From an uncultured Chthonomonadaceae bacterium (GTDB lineage Bacteria; Armatimonadota; Chthonomonadetes; Chthonomonadales; Chthonomonadaceae): a stretch of 64,000 bases of DNA. The stretch's first letter is position 1, and every line of letters begins with the position of its first letter. Made by a program: the position numbers and the translations under genes. Below the pieces are notes generated by a model. That model was not told where the DNA came from and did no database searches. It saw only the letters and a list, made by a program, of their open reading frames with translations. Of this stretch, positions 19,676-30,272 are shown one piece after another. The stretch lies in assembly GCA_963817895.1 (NCBI GenBank), contig CAWFQB010000002.1, positions 1 through 64,000 of the forward strand. The letters are read 5' to 3'.

Positions 19676-21007
19676 ATGACGGAATCACTGGGACAACTTT
19701 TGCGGCGATGGCGGCAGGCGCGCGGACTGTCGTTGCGCGTTCTTGCGGAACGCGCGCAGGTCGGCAAATCTACGTTGAGCTACTGGGAAGCGGGAACGTT
19801 TGAACCGCGCCTCGTGGAACTGGAAGCCACGCTAACGACCCTTTGCGTGTCGCCGGAAGAACGTGCGCAGGCGTTGGCGCTGATTACGGCTCCGCGTGGC
19901 GAAGCGCGGCGGCGGGCATTACAGAACATGCCTCGACTGGAAGCGCAACTGGGGCCGATCCCCGGTAACGGCGACTTGCTGCGCGCCCTGCGCCACCGAA
20001 AACGCTGGAGTCTGGAACAAACCGCGGAACAACTGCGCGTTTCCCCCGGCACACTCAGCCGCTGGGAGCAGGGCAAAACGACTCCCCCACAAGAACGCCT
20101 TGCCTTACTGCTGCCCCTGCTCGGCGCGCTTCCGCAAGAGCGCGCTGTTCTGACCTCGGCGCAGGGCTGGCATACACCCCTTCTGCGCGATGAGGGGCGT
20201 AAGTTCGCCAACCTGGAAGCAAGGTTCAGAAAATTTGTTCCGCTCACTCACCTGCACAAAAGCGCCACGTACAGCGATCTGGGGTTTCTAACATTTACGG
20301 CGGAAATCTGGCGGCTGGCGACTAAGGACATCAAGGCTCGACGTTTACTGGCAGAAGTTTATGCGAACTATGCCAGTTATCTCACTGTCTATGACCGCAA
20401 GCACGAAGCGAGAGTCTATGCGGAACGCGCTTTGCATCTGGCGTCGGAAACCAGTGTTCCGGTCACATCTGCCGTGATGGCGGTCATTGCCGCCGCTCAT
20501 GCGCGGGTACATTGCCATCAATTATCCGCATCCGGGCTGCGCCCCGCGCCCCGCGCGTTGCGCGAAGGCATGGCAATTCTGGATACGTGGCAGTCGCCGG
20601 ATATGGAAGCGGCGCTGAGGGGCTGGCTACTCAACAACCGGGCGCAATATCTGGCGTGGGACGGGGGCGGAGAACTCGCGCTGGCGTTAAGTGAAGAAGC
20701 GTGTCGAGCGGCGGAACAAAGCGGGAGTCCTTTGGAAGTTCTGCTGCGCCGGCAAGGGCGGGCTCAATTGTTGCTGCGCATCGGCAGGCCACGGGAGGCA
20801 CTCGCGCAGATTGAAGAGTTGGCGAACGACAGGATTACGGCGGAAATCGCGCTGATCGGGGCGGAAATTCGGCTGACGCAGGGAGATACGGCAGCCGGAC
20901 AGAATTGGATAGCTTACGCATTGCGCGAAATCGAAGACCATGACCTGACGCATCTGCGCCTACGCGCCCGGATGATTGCGCAACGCCTTCACGCGCTCGG
21001 TCACTAA
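19676..21007 (+). CDS. Transcriptional regulator with two XRE-type HTH domains and a TPR-like C-terminus
   Basis: GLSLRVLAERAQVGKSTLSYWEAG and WSLEQTAEQLRVSPGTLSRWEQG; helical remainder. Confidence 0.85.
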   Translation: MTESLGQLLRRWRQARGLSLRVLAERAQVGKSTLSYWEAGTFEPRLVELEATLTTLCVSPEERAQALALITAPRGEARRRALQNMPRLEAQLGPIPGNGDLLRALRHRKRWSLEQTAEQLRVSPGTLSRWEQGKTTPPQERLALLLPLLGALPQERAVLTSAQGWHTPLLRDEGRKFANLEARFRKFVPLTHLHKSATYSDLGFLTFTAEIWRLATKDIKARRLLAEVYANYASYLTVYDRKHEARVYAERALHLASETSVPVTSAVMAVIAAAHARVHCHQLSASGLRPAPRALREGMAILDTWQSPDMEAALRGWLLNNRAQYLAWDGGGELALALSEEACRAAEQSGSPLEVLLRRQGRAQLLLRIGRPREALAQIEELANDRITAEIALIGAEIRLTQGDTAAGQNWIAYALREIEDHDLTHLRLRARMIAQRLHALGH

Positions 21008-21013
21008 CCCGCC

Positions 21014-21460
21014 ATGTCCATACACGCTTACATCGAACTTAAAATCAGTTGTGAACAGCAGATGCAGCTGGAAGTATGCAATGGCTGCGACGCCTGTTGG
21101 CTGCGTTGCGCCCACGATGTACCCGCATCCTGGCACGAATGGGAAACGCTGCAATCTCATATTGCCGCCCTGTCGCCTGATGAACATCAGCGTCTTGAGG
21201 CTGTTCTCGCGCAGGACAAGACCGCTGACCTCGGCGACGATGTGACCGTGCAGATGTGCCGCTACTTCGACATGTCCACGCATCGCTGCGCCGTCTACCC
21301 CGCCCGTCCCCTCGCCTGCCGCCTGCTCGGACACGTCGAATGGATGCCCTGCCCCATCGAAAAAGTTCCTCGCCCCATCAACACCGCCGACGCCCTCAAA
21401 CTGATGCATGCGTATGCCGAACAGGAACGCCATACGTTCGCGGAATGGGAACTGCAAAAG
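21014..21460 (+). CDS. YkgJ / CxxCxxCC cysteine-cluster protein; 3' end runs into a repeat and the true stop is unresolved
   Basis: CNGCDACWLRC, CRYFD....CAVYPARPLACR. Confidence 0.82.
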
Positions 21461-21720
21461 ACGAGGAGAGGGAACCGCGAAATACACGAAATACACAAAA
21501 AAGGAAAAAAACAAAAATACGAACCACGGAGAACACGGAGGACACGGAGAAACACGGATGAGAACAGAAGAAAACAACAAAGGGCGGGCGTGATGAATCA
21601 AGCCCCTGCGATGTTTGTTTTAATCCTGTTCCATCCTGAGAATCCTGTTAATCCTGTCTATTCTCCTTTTGTTGTCCTTTTTTCGTTTGTTTCGCGTGTT
21701 TCGCGGTTCCCTCTCCTCGT
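21461..21720. repeat. 260-bp composite element with 22-bp terminal inverted repeats and nested 9-mer arrays
   Basis: ACGAGGAGAGGGAACCGCGAAA at both ends, inverted; internal AAATACACG, ACACGGAG and AATCCTGTT units. Confidence 0.8.
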
Positions 21721-21729
21721 ATCCCTGTC

Positions 21730-22580
21730 TTACTGTTGCATGTACGCAATGCCCCGCGCCGCGTCTTCCGCGCCGAGTTCGAGGATAGCGGGCAGGGGAG
21801 CGAAGAGCGGGTGTTGGCACAGATGGCGCAGTCCTTCGCTGATTGTGCCTTCGCCCGGAACGGCGTGGCGGTCGCGGTGGCTGCCGCAGGCTTCGCGGGC
21901 GTCGTTGAGATGCAGGACGCGCAGATAGGCGGTCAATCCGGCGGTTTCCAGTTCGTCGGCAAGATGCTGTGGCGCGTCGGGCGCGGCAAGATCGAAACCC
22001 GGCGACATGCAGATGGCAGGTATCCAATACAAGCCCAAATTTTGCCGGGTCGGGACTGAACGGCCTGTACCACCTGCCCGATTTCCGCAATCGTCTGCCC
22101 CAACTCCGTGCCTTCGCAGCCGTTTTCCAGCCACACGGACGCGCCCGGTTTCAGTTTTGCAAGCACATCCGCCAGTTTCACGGCAAGCGCATCGAGCGCG
22201 GCTTCCCGCGTGTCATGCCCCTTCTGGTAGCCGCCGTGAAAACACACGCCCGCCAGTCCGAGCGAGGCGGCGAGATTGGCGTCCCCGATAAGGGCGTTGA
22301 TGGAACCATGTCGAATCCGCACATCGGGTGAGGCGATATTGGTAATCAGCGAAGCGTGAACCATGCCCCATAGCGGCAACGTTTCGCCGGTTCCATCCGT
22401 ATTCGTCATTGCCGCCGCCGCTGCCTGATATGCTTCCTGATCCGCCTCGCCGGGAATATCCACTTTCGACAGGCGCATGGGATTGCGCAGCGTGGTTTGA
22501 AACGTTGCAGAATGGCGGGCCGATAGCCGATACGGTATTGTTGCCAGCGGCGGATCGAAATGGTAGCCGAAACGGGGCAT
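21730..22580 (-). CDS. nfo: Endonuclease IV (AP endonuclease family 2), frameshifted
   Basis: VHAS, FHGG, LENG, LDTCHL, HLNDA..GSHRDRH..GEG.I, ILE motifs across frames. Confidence 0.82.
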
Positions 22581-22895
22581 GATTGCTCCTAAAGATAGAG
22601 AAGAGTTAGCCGCGAAAACACGCGAATGAACGCGAATAAATGCAGTTGTTGCTACTTGCAAGTTGGACACCGCGCCCGTAAACTCCTGCTTGTTTGCCGC
22701 CGCGCTGAAAAACTGCGAAACAGGAGAGACGCGCGTCACAAAACCGGCAAAAACAGCGTATACTATTAAAAAGTTTCTGCCATATTCAATCTTAAGTTTT
22801 CTCCCCACTCTCCATAAAAGCGTCTCCCCTCTCCTAGCGCGTTGCGCGGCAAGGAGAGGGGCCGGGGGTGAGGTCGTATTCCGAAAGCAACCATT

Positions 22896-25241
22896 ATGAA
22901 GGTCACTCGCAACCATTTCACACATTTTTCGCGCCCGACCCGTTTTGCTCTGGCCGCGCTTGCTTCCCCCTTTCTGGCGGCGACGCTTGCCGGGTGCGCG
23001 GGCGCGGGCTATGGCGATTTCAACCGGGGCTGGGCGGCGACATCAACAGCGGCTACAACTCCTCCATCGCCGGACGCCAGAACGACCGCAATGCCGGCCC
23101 GAACAGTGGGATTGGACGGGGAACCTTTCCGATGCTGTCCACCTCCTTTCAATTGAGCAGCCTGCCCGGCGATCCGTTCGACTACGAAAAAGTCAACGTG
23201 CAGGTCACGCTGCGCAAGCCGGACAACAGCACGGTAGATATTCCCGCCTTTTACGATGGCGACAATACGTGGCGCATGCGCTTCACGCCCACTGCGCCGG
23301 GAACCTACGCCGTCGCATCCGTGAAACTCAACGGCCAGATCGCCCACGAGGAGAAGCTGGAAAAGAAGGATTGGAGCGTCAGCGGCGAGACGCAGCCCGG
23401 TTTCGTCCGACTGGATCGGGGCGACCATGCCCGGTTCGTGTTCGACAACGGCGCGCGCTACTATCCGCTCGGCCACAATCAGGCGTGGCACAGCGACAAA
23501 CTGCCCGACACGCCCGCCCTGTTCGCCAAAATGCATGACGCGGGCGAAAACTGGTCCCGCGTGTGGATGACGCACTGGGACGGCAAAAATCTGGATTGGC
23601 CCTCCGACGCGCCCGATGCCAAAGCGGATAAATCGGACAAAACCGACAAGACCGCCAAACCGGGCAAGGCCGTCAAACTCGGCGACATTGACCTTGCCGC
23701 CGTGAAAAAGTGGGACGCCATTGTGGAGGGCGCGCAAAAGAACGGCATCTATTTCCAGATGGTGTTGCAGCATCACGGGCAGTATTCCACCAAAGTAGAC
23801 CCGAACTGGAACGCCAACCCCTACAACGTGAAAAACGGCGGATTTCTGCAAAACCCGGAAGAGTTTTTCAGCAACCCGCAGGCCCGCGCGCTGACCAAGC
23901 GCAAACTGTACTACATTCTTGCCCGGTGGGGCTATTCGCCCAACATCCTCGCGTTTGAACTGTTCAACGAAGTGGAAGGCACGGACGCGGGCAGGGGCAA
24001 AATGACCGATCAGATCGCGCTCTGGCATCGGGAAATGGCGCTGTTCCTGCGCCAGTACGACGGCTACCGGCATCTGCTGACAACGAGTTCCGCGCCCGCT
24101 ATCGCTTACGACAGCCCCATATGGGAAACCGTAGATTATGTGCAGACCCACACCTACCCGTCCGACATTCTGACGGCATTGGGCGCGACCGAAACGCCGG
24201 AAACCTACGGCGCGACCAAAACCGCCAAAAGCAAGAAGCCTCAAAACCGGAATTCATCGGCGAGTTCGGGCCGTCCGGCTTGACGGATACCGAGGGCGTC
24301 GGCCTGCATCAGGGATTGTGGACGAGCCTGATGCGCAACGGCACGGGCGCGGCGCAATATTGGGACTGGAACACGGTCGAGCAGCACAACCTGTATTCGC
24401 ACTTCAAAGCGGCATCTGGCTTTGTCACCGCATCCGGGCTTGCCAATCACGGTTCTCTGGTCAATACCACGCTGCCGATTGAAACCACCCAAACCGCCGC
24501 ATTGCGCTTCGGGCCGGGAGGCGGATTCGTGAAAGCCGCGCAGAATGAGTTCGTGGTCGGCAAAGAGGGCGCTCCGCAGGGCATGGATCAGTTCCCGACC
24601 TTCCTGCAAGGCGAGGCGCACCGCGACATGATGCCCAAACCGCTTACTGCTGCACGTCCAGTATCCGCAGCCGGGAACGTTCACGGTCAATGTGGAGAAA
24701 ACCTCGAAAGCGGGCGCGCATCTCAAAGTGTCCGTTGACGGCAAAAGCGTGGAACGCGATTTCGCCGCCGGGGATGCCGACCGCGCCCCGAAAGCCGACG
24801 AGCGGATACTGAAAGTGGATGTGCCGCAGGGCGCGCACGCGATTACGATTGAAAATACGGGCAAGGATTGGCTGGTTGTTCGCCAATTTTCCCTGAGCAA
24901 CTACGCTTCCGCTCTCGCCTGCTCCGCCCGCGTGGGTAAGGATTTCGCCGTCGCGTGGGTCTACCATCGCGGCAATATCTACGAAGCGCCTGCCAAAGAC
25001 GCCAAAGCGTCCGCGCAGGAGACGCGCAACAGGCAAAATTCTCATTACCGGCTTGCAGCCCGGCAAATACCGCTATACGTGGTGGGACACGTATGCGGGC
25101 AAAGCCCTGACGGCTGAAGACGTGAGCGTTGACAAAGCCAAGGACGGCATTCAACTGCCCACGCCGCCCATCACAAATGACGCCGCGCTCTACATCACCA
25201 AAGCCGTTGCCGCCGCGCCGATCAAAACCGCGAAGAAATAG
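22896..25241 (+). CDS. Secreted DUF5060 + GH5-like glycoside hydrolase, several frameshifts
   Basis: LAGC lipobox; PAFYDG..WRMRFTP; ARWGYSPNILAFELFNEV; PEFIGEFG. Confidence 0.78.
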
Positions 25242-25249
25242 AGGGAGTT

Positions 25250-25378
25250 TTCACCACCAAGACGCCAAGAACACCAAGAAATACAAGGAAGCAGAGGGCA
25301 AGAGGAGCTGTAGAAGTACAGTTCTTCTTGTTTTTCTTCATTTATTTCTTGGTGTTCTTGGCGTCTTGGTGGTGAAAT
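25250..25378. repeat. Inverted pair of 9-mer arrays between convergent genes
   Basis: TTTCACCACCAAGACGCCAAGAACACCAAGAAAT and its reverse complement. Confidence 0.8.
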
Positions 25379-25379
25379 A

Positions 25380-26129
25380 CTACTCTGGCTTTTGCGCGAC
25401 GCAGAAGATGGTGACGCCGAAGGGCAGGTTGACGTGGCGGGCGAGGGTGTTTTCCAGCGTGAACAGGCCGGTGAGCAGGCTGTTGAGGGGCGCGGGGAAC
25501 AGGGGCATGGCGGCCTGTGGCGGATCGTGGGGCGGTTTCTTCGCGTTCAGGCGGCGTTGCAGGGAGACGACCGGGTACAGCGTGGTCATGGTGTGCGACA
25601 GTTTTTCAACCTGAAAACCGGCAGCCTGAAAGCGTTCCGACACTTCGGCGCGGATGTAGCGGCGGTGGTGCATCAGGGCAATGTCGTGTTCGCTCCACAG
25701 ATGCTTGTACGCGGGAATGGTGGCGATCACGCGTCCACCGGGTTTCAACACGCGGTAGAACTCGCACAGGGCGGCGCGGTCATCCGGCAGATGTTCCAGC
25801 ACGTCCATAACCGTAATCAGATCGAAGCGGTTTGATTCGAGCGGCAACTGCATGGCGTCCGCGCCAAGCAGATGTTTCAGTCCCCGCCGCCGCGAGAATT
25901 GCAGCGCGAGCGGGGAAAAGTCCATCGAAACCACATTGCCCCACTTTGTCAGCCGCGCCGACATTGCCCCCGTGCCGCAGCCCACGTCCAGCATCGTCAA
26001 CGGTTCGGCCCGCGGCCCGCCGCGTCCGTACCGTTCGGCGATCAGCCCTTCCGCCAGCCGATGCCGCCCGACAAACCACCAGTAGGTGTCTTCCAGCCGG
26101 TACATCCGTTCGTATTCGCCAGGATTCAT
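25380..26129 (-). CDS. Class I SAM-dependent methyltransferase
   Basis: LDVGCGTG, DVLEHL, LKPGG. Confidence 0.9.
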   Translation of the reverse strand: MNPGEYERMYRLEDTYWWFVGRHRLAEGLIAERYGRGGPRAEPLTMLDVGCGTGAMSARLTKWGNVVSMDFSPLALQFSRRRGLKHLLGADAMQLPLESNRFDLITVMDVLEHLPDDRAALCEFYRVLKPGGRVIATIPAYKHLWSEHDIALMHHRRYIRAEVSERFQAAGFQVEKLSHTMTTLYPVVSLQRRLNAKKPPHDPPQAAMPLFPAPLNSLLTGLFTLENTLARHVNLPFGVTIFCVAQKPE

Positions 26130-26204
26130 GGTAGGTGTCAGGTGTCAGGTTTCAGGTGTCAGAGAACAGGCCATCTACCTGATACCTGACACCTGACACC
26201 TGAT

Positions 26205-27080
26205 TCATGGTATGCGCAGTTCTGCTGCGGAAGAGGGGGGATCGTAATGGGTGAGGCGGATGCGGAACACGGTTTTCGCCATGCGATAGGCGTCCCGCGC
26301 AAAGCGCACTTTGGAACCCTCCACATGCTGCCAGCGTACCGGCACTTCGGCGATTCGGTAGCCGAACACGCGCATGGCAAGATACAGCGCTTCTACATCG
26401 AAGGCGAAGTGGTCTACCTGCGCGCGCCGGAAAATCGCAAGCGCGGACGCGCGCGTAAACAGTTTGAAACCGCACTGCGTATCGTGAATACCCGGCACAG
26501 CCATTAGCTGCACGATTTTGTTGAAACTCTTTCCGCCGAACTCGCGCAGGAAGGATTGCCGCTTGATGAGTTCGGAGCCAACAACGTCGCGTGACCCGAT
26601 GGCGATGTCATAGCCTTCGTTCAGTTTCGCCAGCAGTTTTTCAACCTCTTCAATGGGCGTCGAAAGATCGGCGTCGCTGAACAGCAGTCGTTCGCCCTGC
26701 GCCCGCAGCATCCCAAACCGCACCGCGTAGCCCTTACCCCGATTGTCGGCATACGTCAGCAGGCGAACCTGTGTGCGGCGGGCAGTGATGTGCCGCACGA
26801 TCTCTTCGGTCTTATCGCTGCTGCCGTCGCTGACCACCAGTATCTCGTAGGGATAGGGCTGCGCGTCGAAATACGCCAGCATCCGCTTCAGCGAGTTGCC
26901 GATACGCGCCTCTTCATTGTAGGCAGGCACGATGATGGACAGCATCGGCTCGGACGGATCGCCGCGCCAGACGCCGGGTTCGGCAGGCGGTTCGCCGTCA
27001 ACGCTGTTTGTCGCGCTCTGCCGCACGGGGGGTGGGACAGACCCGGTAATCGGATCAACGCTCAAGTACTTCTCCTTCAT
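26205..27080 (-). CDS. GT2 glycosyltransferase (dolichyl-phosphate beta-glucosyltransferase-like)
   Basis: SIIVPAYNEE, DGSSD, NRGKG, DADLS, DTQCGFK, FAFDVE. Confidence 0.9.
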   Translation of the reverse strand: MKEKYLSVDPITGSVPPPVRQSATNSVDGEPPAEPGVWRGDPSEPMLSIIVPAYNEEARIGNSLKRMLAYFDAQPYPYEILVVSDGSSDKTEEIVRHITARRTQVRLLTYADNRGKGYAVRFGMLRAQGERLLFSDADLSTPIEEVEKLLAKLNEGYDIAIGSRDVVGSELIKRQSFLREFGGKSFNKIVQLMAVPGIHDTQCGFKLFTRASALAIFRRAQVDHFAFDVEALYLAMRVFGYRIAEVPVRWQHVEGSKVRFARDAYRMAKTVFRIRLTHYDPPSSAAELRIP

Positions 27081-27290
27081 TCATAGGAAAACAGGCAAGG
27101 CCGCCGCGCCGTTCTCTATTTACCAATACGGCGGCGTGGGGAGAAACGTCACCGCACAGAAAGGGACTGCAAACCGGGAAACATGGCTGGCGATTCCCAA
27201 AATTTCCCGCTTCATTATAGCCTGTAGAACCGGGCTTGTCAATACAGACAGCAATGATACAAAAATACACGCTTATTTGCCGCGCGGCTA

Positions 27291-27320
27291 TTGACAGCAC
27301 AGGCCGAAACGGTGTATAGT
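27291..27320 (+). promoter_or_regulatory. sigma70-type promoter of lexA
   Basis: TTGACA-N18-TATAGT. Confidence 0.6.
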
Positions 27321-27366
27321 AGACAAAAGTACGTCGTAAATTTTGCGTACAGGAGGAGATACACCT

Positions 27367-28005
27367 ATGACTCGTGGATTAACGGACAAGCAAGAGAAAA
27401 TTCTCGGCTTTATTATGGATTATGTCAACGACAAAGGCTACCCGCCAAGCATCCGCGAAATCGGCAACGAATTCGGCATTTCCAGTCTGCGCGGCGTCAC
27501 TGTGCATCTGGACGCGCTGGAGCGCAAAGGCAAGATCAAGCGACTCAGCACGTCCCGCTCCATTACCGTAATTGGCAGAACCGGAGCCACCGCCCCGATT
27601 CGCAACGTCAGCTTTGTGCCGCTTGTCGGAACCATCGCCGCCGGCGTCCCGATAACTGCCCACGAGAACATCGAATCGCATATTCCCGTGCCGCAGGAGA
27701 TGATCCACAACGTCAAGAAGCCGTTCGCGCTGCGCGTCAAAGGCGACTCGATGATCAACGCCCACATCATGGACGGCGATTACGTGGTCATCAAGGAGCA
27801 GAACACGGCGGAAAACGGCGACATGGTAGCGGTTCTGCTCGGCGACGAGGCGACTGTGAAGCACATCCAGTTCACTCACGACGGCGCGCGCCTGATTGCC
27901 GCCAACCCCGCCTTCGCCCCGATCGAAGTGAAGCGCGAAGACAGCAAAATCATGGGCAAAGTGATCGGCCTGATCCGCAACTACGATGCCAATTACAGTT
28001 TCTAA
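27367..28005 (+). CDS. lexA: SOS repressor LexA
   Basis: GYPPSIREI wHTH, IAAG cleavage site, GDSM and ATVK catalytic dyad. Confidence 0.96.
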   Translation: MTRGLTDKQEKILGFIMDYVNDKGYPPSIREIGNEFGISSLRGVTVHLDALERKGKIKRLSTSRSITVIGRTGATAPIRNVSFVPLVGTIAAGVPITAHENIESHIPVPQEMIHNVKKPFALRVKGDSMINAHIMDGDYVVIKEQNTAENGDMVAVLLGDEATVKHIQFTHDGARLIAANPAFAPIEVKREDSKIMGKVIGLIRNYDANYSF

Positions 28006-28020
28006 AACACATGCCACCTT

Positions 28021-28059
28021 AAAAAGCCGCTGCAACCTTCGGGTTGCAGCGGCTTTTTT
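28021..28059. terminator. Bidirectional terminator between lexA and rplL
   Basis: AAAAAGCCGCTGCAACC-TTCG-GGTTGCAGCGGCTTTTT. Confidence 0.88.
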
Positions 28060-28081
28060 GCGCTGTTCGGCAAGCGATAAA

Positions 28082-28481
28082 CTAACCGGCGGGCTTGATT
28101 TCGATCTTCGCGCCTTCGGCCTCGAACTTGGCTTGCAGGGCTTTGGCATCGTCCATGTTGATGCCTTCCTTGATCTTGGCGGGCGTGGATTCGACCAGGT
28201 CTTTGGCTTCCTTCAGACCCAGGCTCGTCACTTCGCGGACGACCTTGATGACGTTGATCTTCTTCTCGCCAATGGCGGTCAGAACGGCGTCGAAGCTCGT
28301 GGGAGCCTCTTCGACAACGGCGGCTTCGGCTCCGCCACCGCCACCGGTTGCGGCGGGCGCGGCAGCCTGCATCGGCGGACACGCCGAAAACGTCCTGCAG
28401 GGCTTTGGACAGTTCGGACAATTCCAGCACGGACATGCTTTTGATGGCTTCGACAATCTCTTCACTGCTAAGTGCGGGCAT
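28082..28481 (-). CDS. rplL: 50S ribosomal protein L7/L12, frameshift near 28372
   Basis: [14 protein letters not shown] and [24 protein letters not shown]. Confidence 0.95.
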
Positions 28482-28592
28482 TTCAATTCTCCTTGACTTT
28501 GGTGTTCGGTATTCGGTGTTGGGTGTTCGGTTGACAGCCTTATTTCACAAGAATAAACTTCATTACTTTTGAATTGTCCAAACACCGACTAG

Positions 28593-29145
28593 TTACGCGG
28601 CGGCTTCGGCGGTTTCCGCACCCCCGCCCTGTTTGTCGGCAATCGCCTGGATGGTGCGGACAAAGTCGCCAATGATGTTGTCGAGCGTGCCGACCAGAGT
28701 TGCTGACAGGCGCGTTGAGCGAGCCGAGCAGTTGCGCGATGATCTGCTCTTTGGGCGGCAGTTTGGACAGCGCGGTGACTTGCGCCACATCGTAAACGCT
28801 GCCGTCAATGTATCCGCCTTTGAGCTTGATGTCCGGCTTTTTCAGCGCGGTCAAAAAGTCAATCACGGCTTTGGACGTGGGCACAACGTCGCCTTTGGCA
28901 AACGCGATGGCGGTCGGTCCGGCCAGCAGCGTGTCCAGTTGCGCGCCGGCCTGCTCGCCGATGGCGATTTTGAACAGCGTGTTCTTGACAATGTGGTACT
29001 CGGCGTCCACATCGCGCAGTTTCTTGCGCAGGTTGGTGACTTCCGCGACGGTCAGGCCGCGATAGTCGGTCAGAATGGCTCCCTTGCTTTGCGCCACAAT
29101 GTCGCGCAGTTCGGAGATGACCAGTTCTTTCTGTGCGTTGGGCAT
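28593..29145 (-). CDS. rplJ: 50S ribosomal protein L10, frameshift near 28700
   Basis: DYRGLTV, VKNTL, GPTAIAF, LSKLP. Confidence 0.95.
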
Positions 29146-29277
29146 GGGTGGTCTCCGGTGGTTGGTGGTTGGTGGTTGGTGGCTGGTTGTTTTGACTGAG
29201 AGTTGGTATGTTTGTATCAACCAACTGCTCAGATATAAGTATTCAACCAATCACCCATCACCAACCACCAACCACCA

Positions 29278-29485
29278 ACAAAAATCCCGGCCATTCGCTT
29301 CGTTTGCGCGGGCGCAGACAAAGGCGAATTCCGGGGCGTGAGGGTTGGGACGCGCAAGCGCGTTCCAATTCAGTATCGGGAACTCGACTCAACCTCGGCG
29401 GGCTTCCATGAAAGGGAATTTAAGCGGCGCATTTTGTTCAAGCGAACTCAAAACATAACGCGCGAACACCGGCTGTCTGCGGCGA
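29278..29485 (-). ncRNA. L10 leader RNA
   Basis: Minus strand CCGCAGACAGCCGG...TTAA...CCCGCCGAGG core, then a hairpin with T-run upstream of rplJ. Confidence 0.8.
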
Positions 29486-29736
29486 GCAAAGCGTGAAAGC
29501 GAAATTAGATTATGTTCTATCGGGTCAATGCGAAAGCAGTATGCCATACGTGTCCTGCTTCTGTCAAGGGTTTGCTCGAGATTCTATCTGCGCCAACTTC
29601 GCGGCTATTCTTACTCGCCCCTGCTAAATACAGGAGAATATGCCGACAGGCGTAAACCTGTTTATATAACGAGGTGTGCGGTACGTAAAAATACTTGAAA
29701 AAATTACACTTTTTTCGTTAATTTTCAAAATAAACG

Positions 29737-29765
29737 TTGACACAATCTATGGCAAATGTTATACT
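29737..29765 (+). promoter_or_regulatory. Near-consensus sigma70 promoter of the cold-shock gene
   Basis: TTGACA-N17-TATACT with extended TG and an AT-rich upstream tract. Confidence 0.75.
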
Positions 29766-29819
29766 TGTCCGGCTGAGTTCCCCGCTCAGCATGCACATCT
29801 AGTAAGGAGGACGTCAGTT

Positions 29820-30023
29820 ATGCAATCAGGTAAAGTGAAATGGTTCAACGATGCCAAAGGCTACGGCTTCATCGAAACCAACGAAGGCAAAGACATCTTT
29901 GTCCACTACTCGGCCATTATGAAGGAAGGCTTCAAGACGCTGGCAGAGGGCCAGGAGGTCTCTTTTGAAGTGGTTGACGGCGCTAAAGGCCCACAGGCCT
30001 CCAACGTGACATCCACTGCCTGA
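29820..30023 (+). CDS. Cold-shock protein (CspA family)
   Basis: [40 protein letters not shown]. Confidence 0.96.
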   Translation: MQSGKVKWFNDAKGYGFIETNEGKDIFVHYSAIMKEGFKTLAEGQEVSFEVVDGAKGPQASNVTSTA

Positions 30024-30227
30024 CAGCAATCCCCCGGCTTACCATCCAATTTTTTCCGTCCTTCCCGGTTCTCCGGCGCGAAGACACCTTTTTTCCTGCT
30101 ATACAATTTCTTCCAAATTCTTCGGACTTCGGCAGAAATTCGCTCTTGTCATACCCGGCTTTCGAGCCGCGATTAACGGCCCATAGGCCGCAGATAATGT
30201 AGATTTAAGCTGAACATGGGGCCTCTT

Positions 30228-30272
30228 TACCGGCTGGTTCGCGCACTCGCGCAACGAGCCGGTTTTTATTTT
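30228..30272 (+). terminator. Intrinsic terminator
   Basis: ACCGGCT...AGCCGGT followed by TTTTATTTT. Confidence 0.65.

Noticed and set aside
21461..21720. CRISPR array
   Set aside because: Units are 7-9 bp tandem repeats without unique spacers, and no cas genes are present in the window.
21014..21928. 304-aa YkgJ protein as listed in the ORF track
   Set aside because: The C-terminal half is translated repeat DNA and overlaps nfo on the opposite strand.
28082..29145. Programmed frameshifting or pseudogenisation of rplJ and rplL
   Set aside because: Indels are scattered through unrelated genes including essential ones; sequencing error is the simpler explanation.
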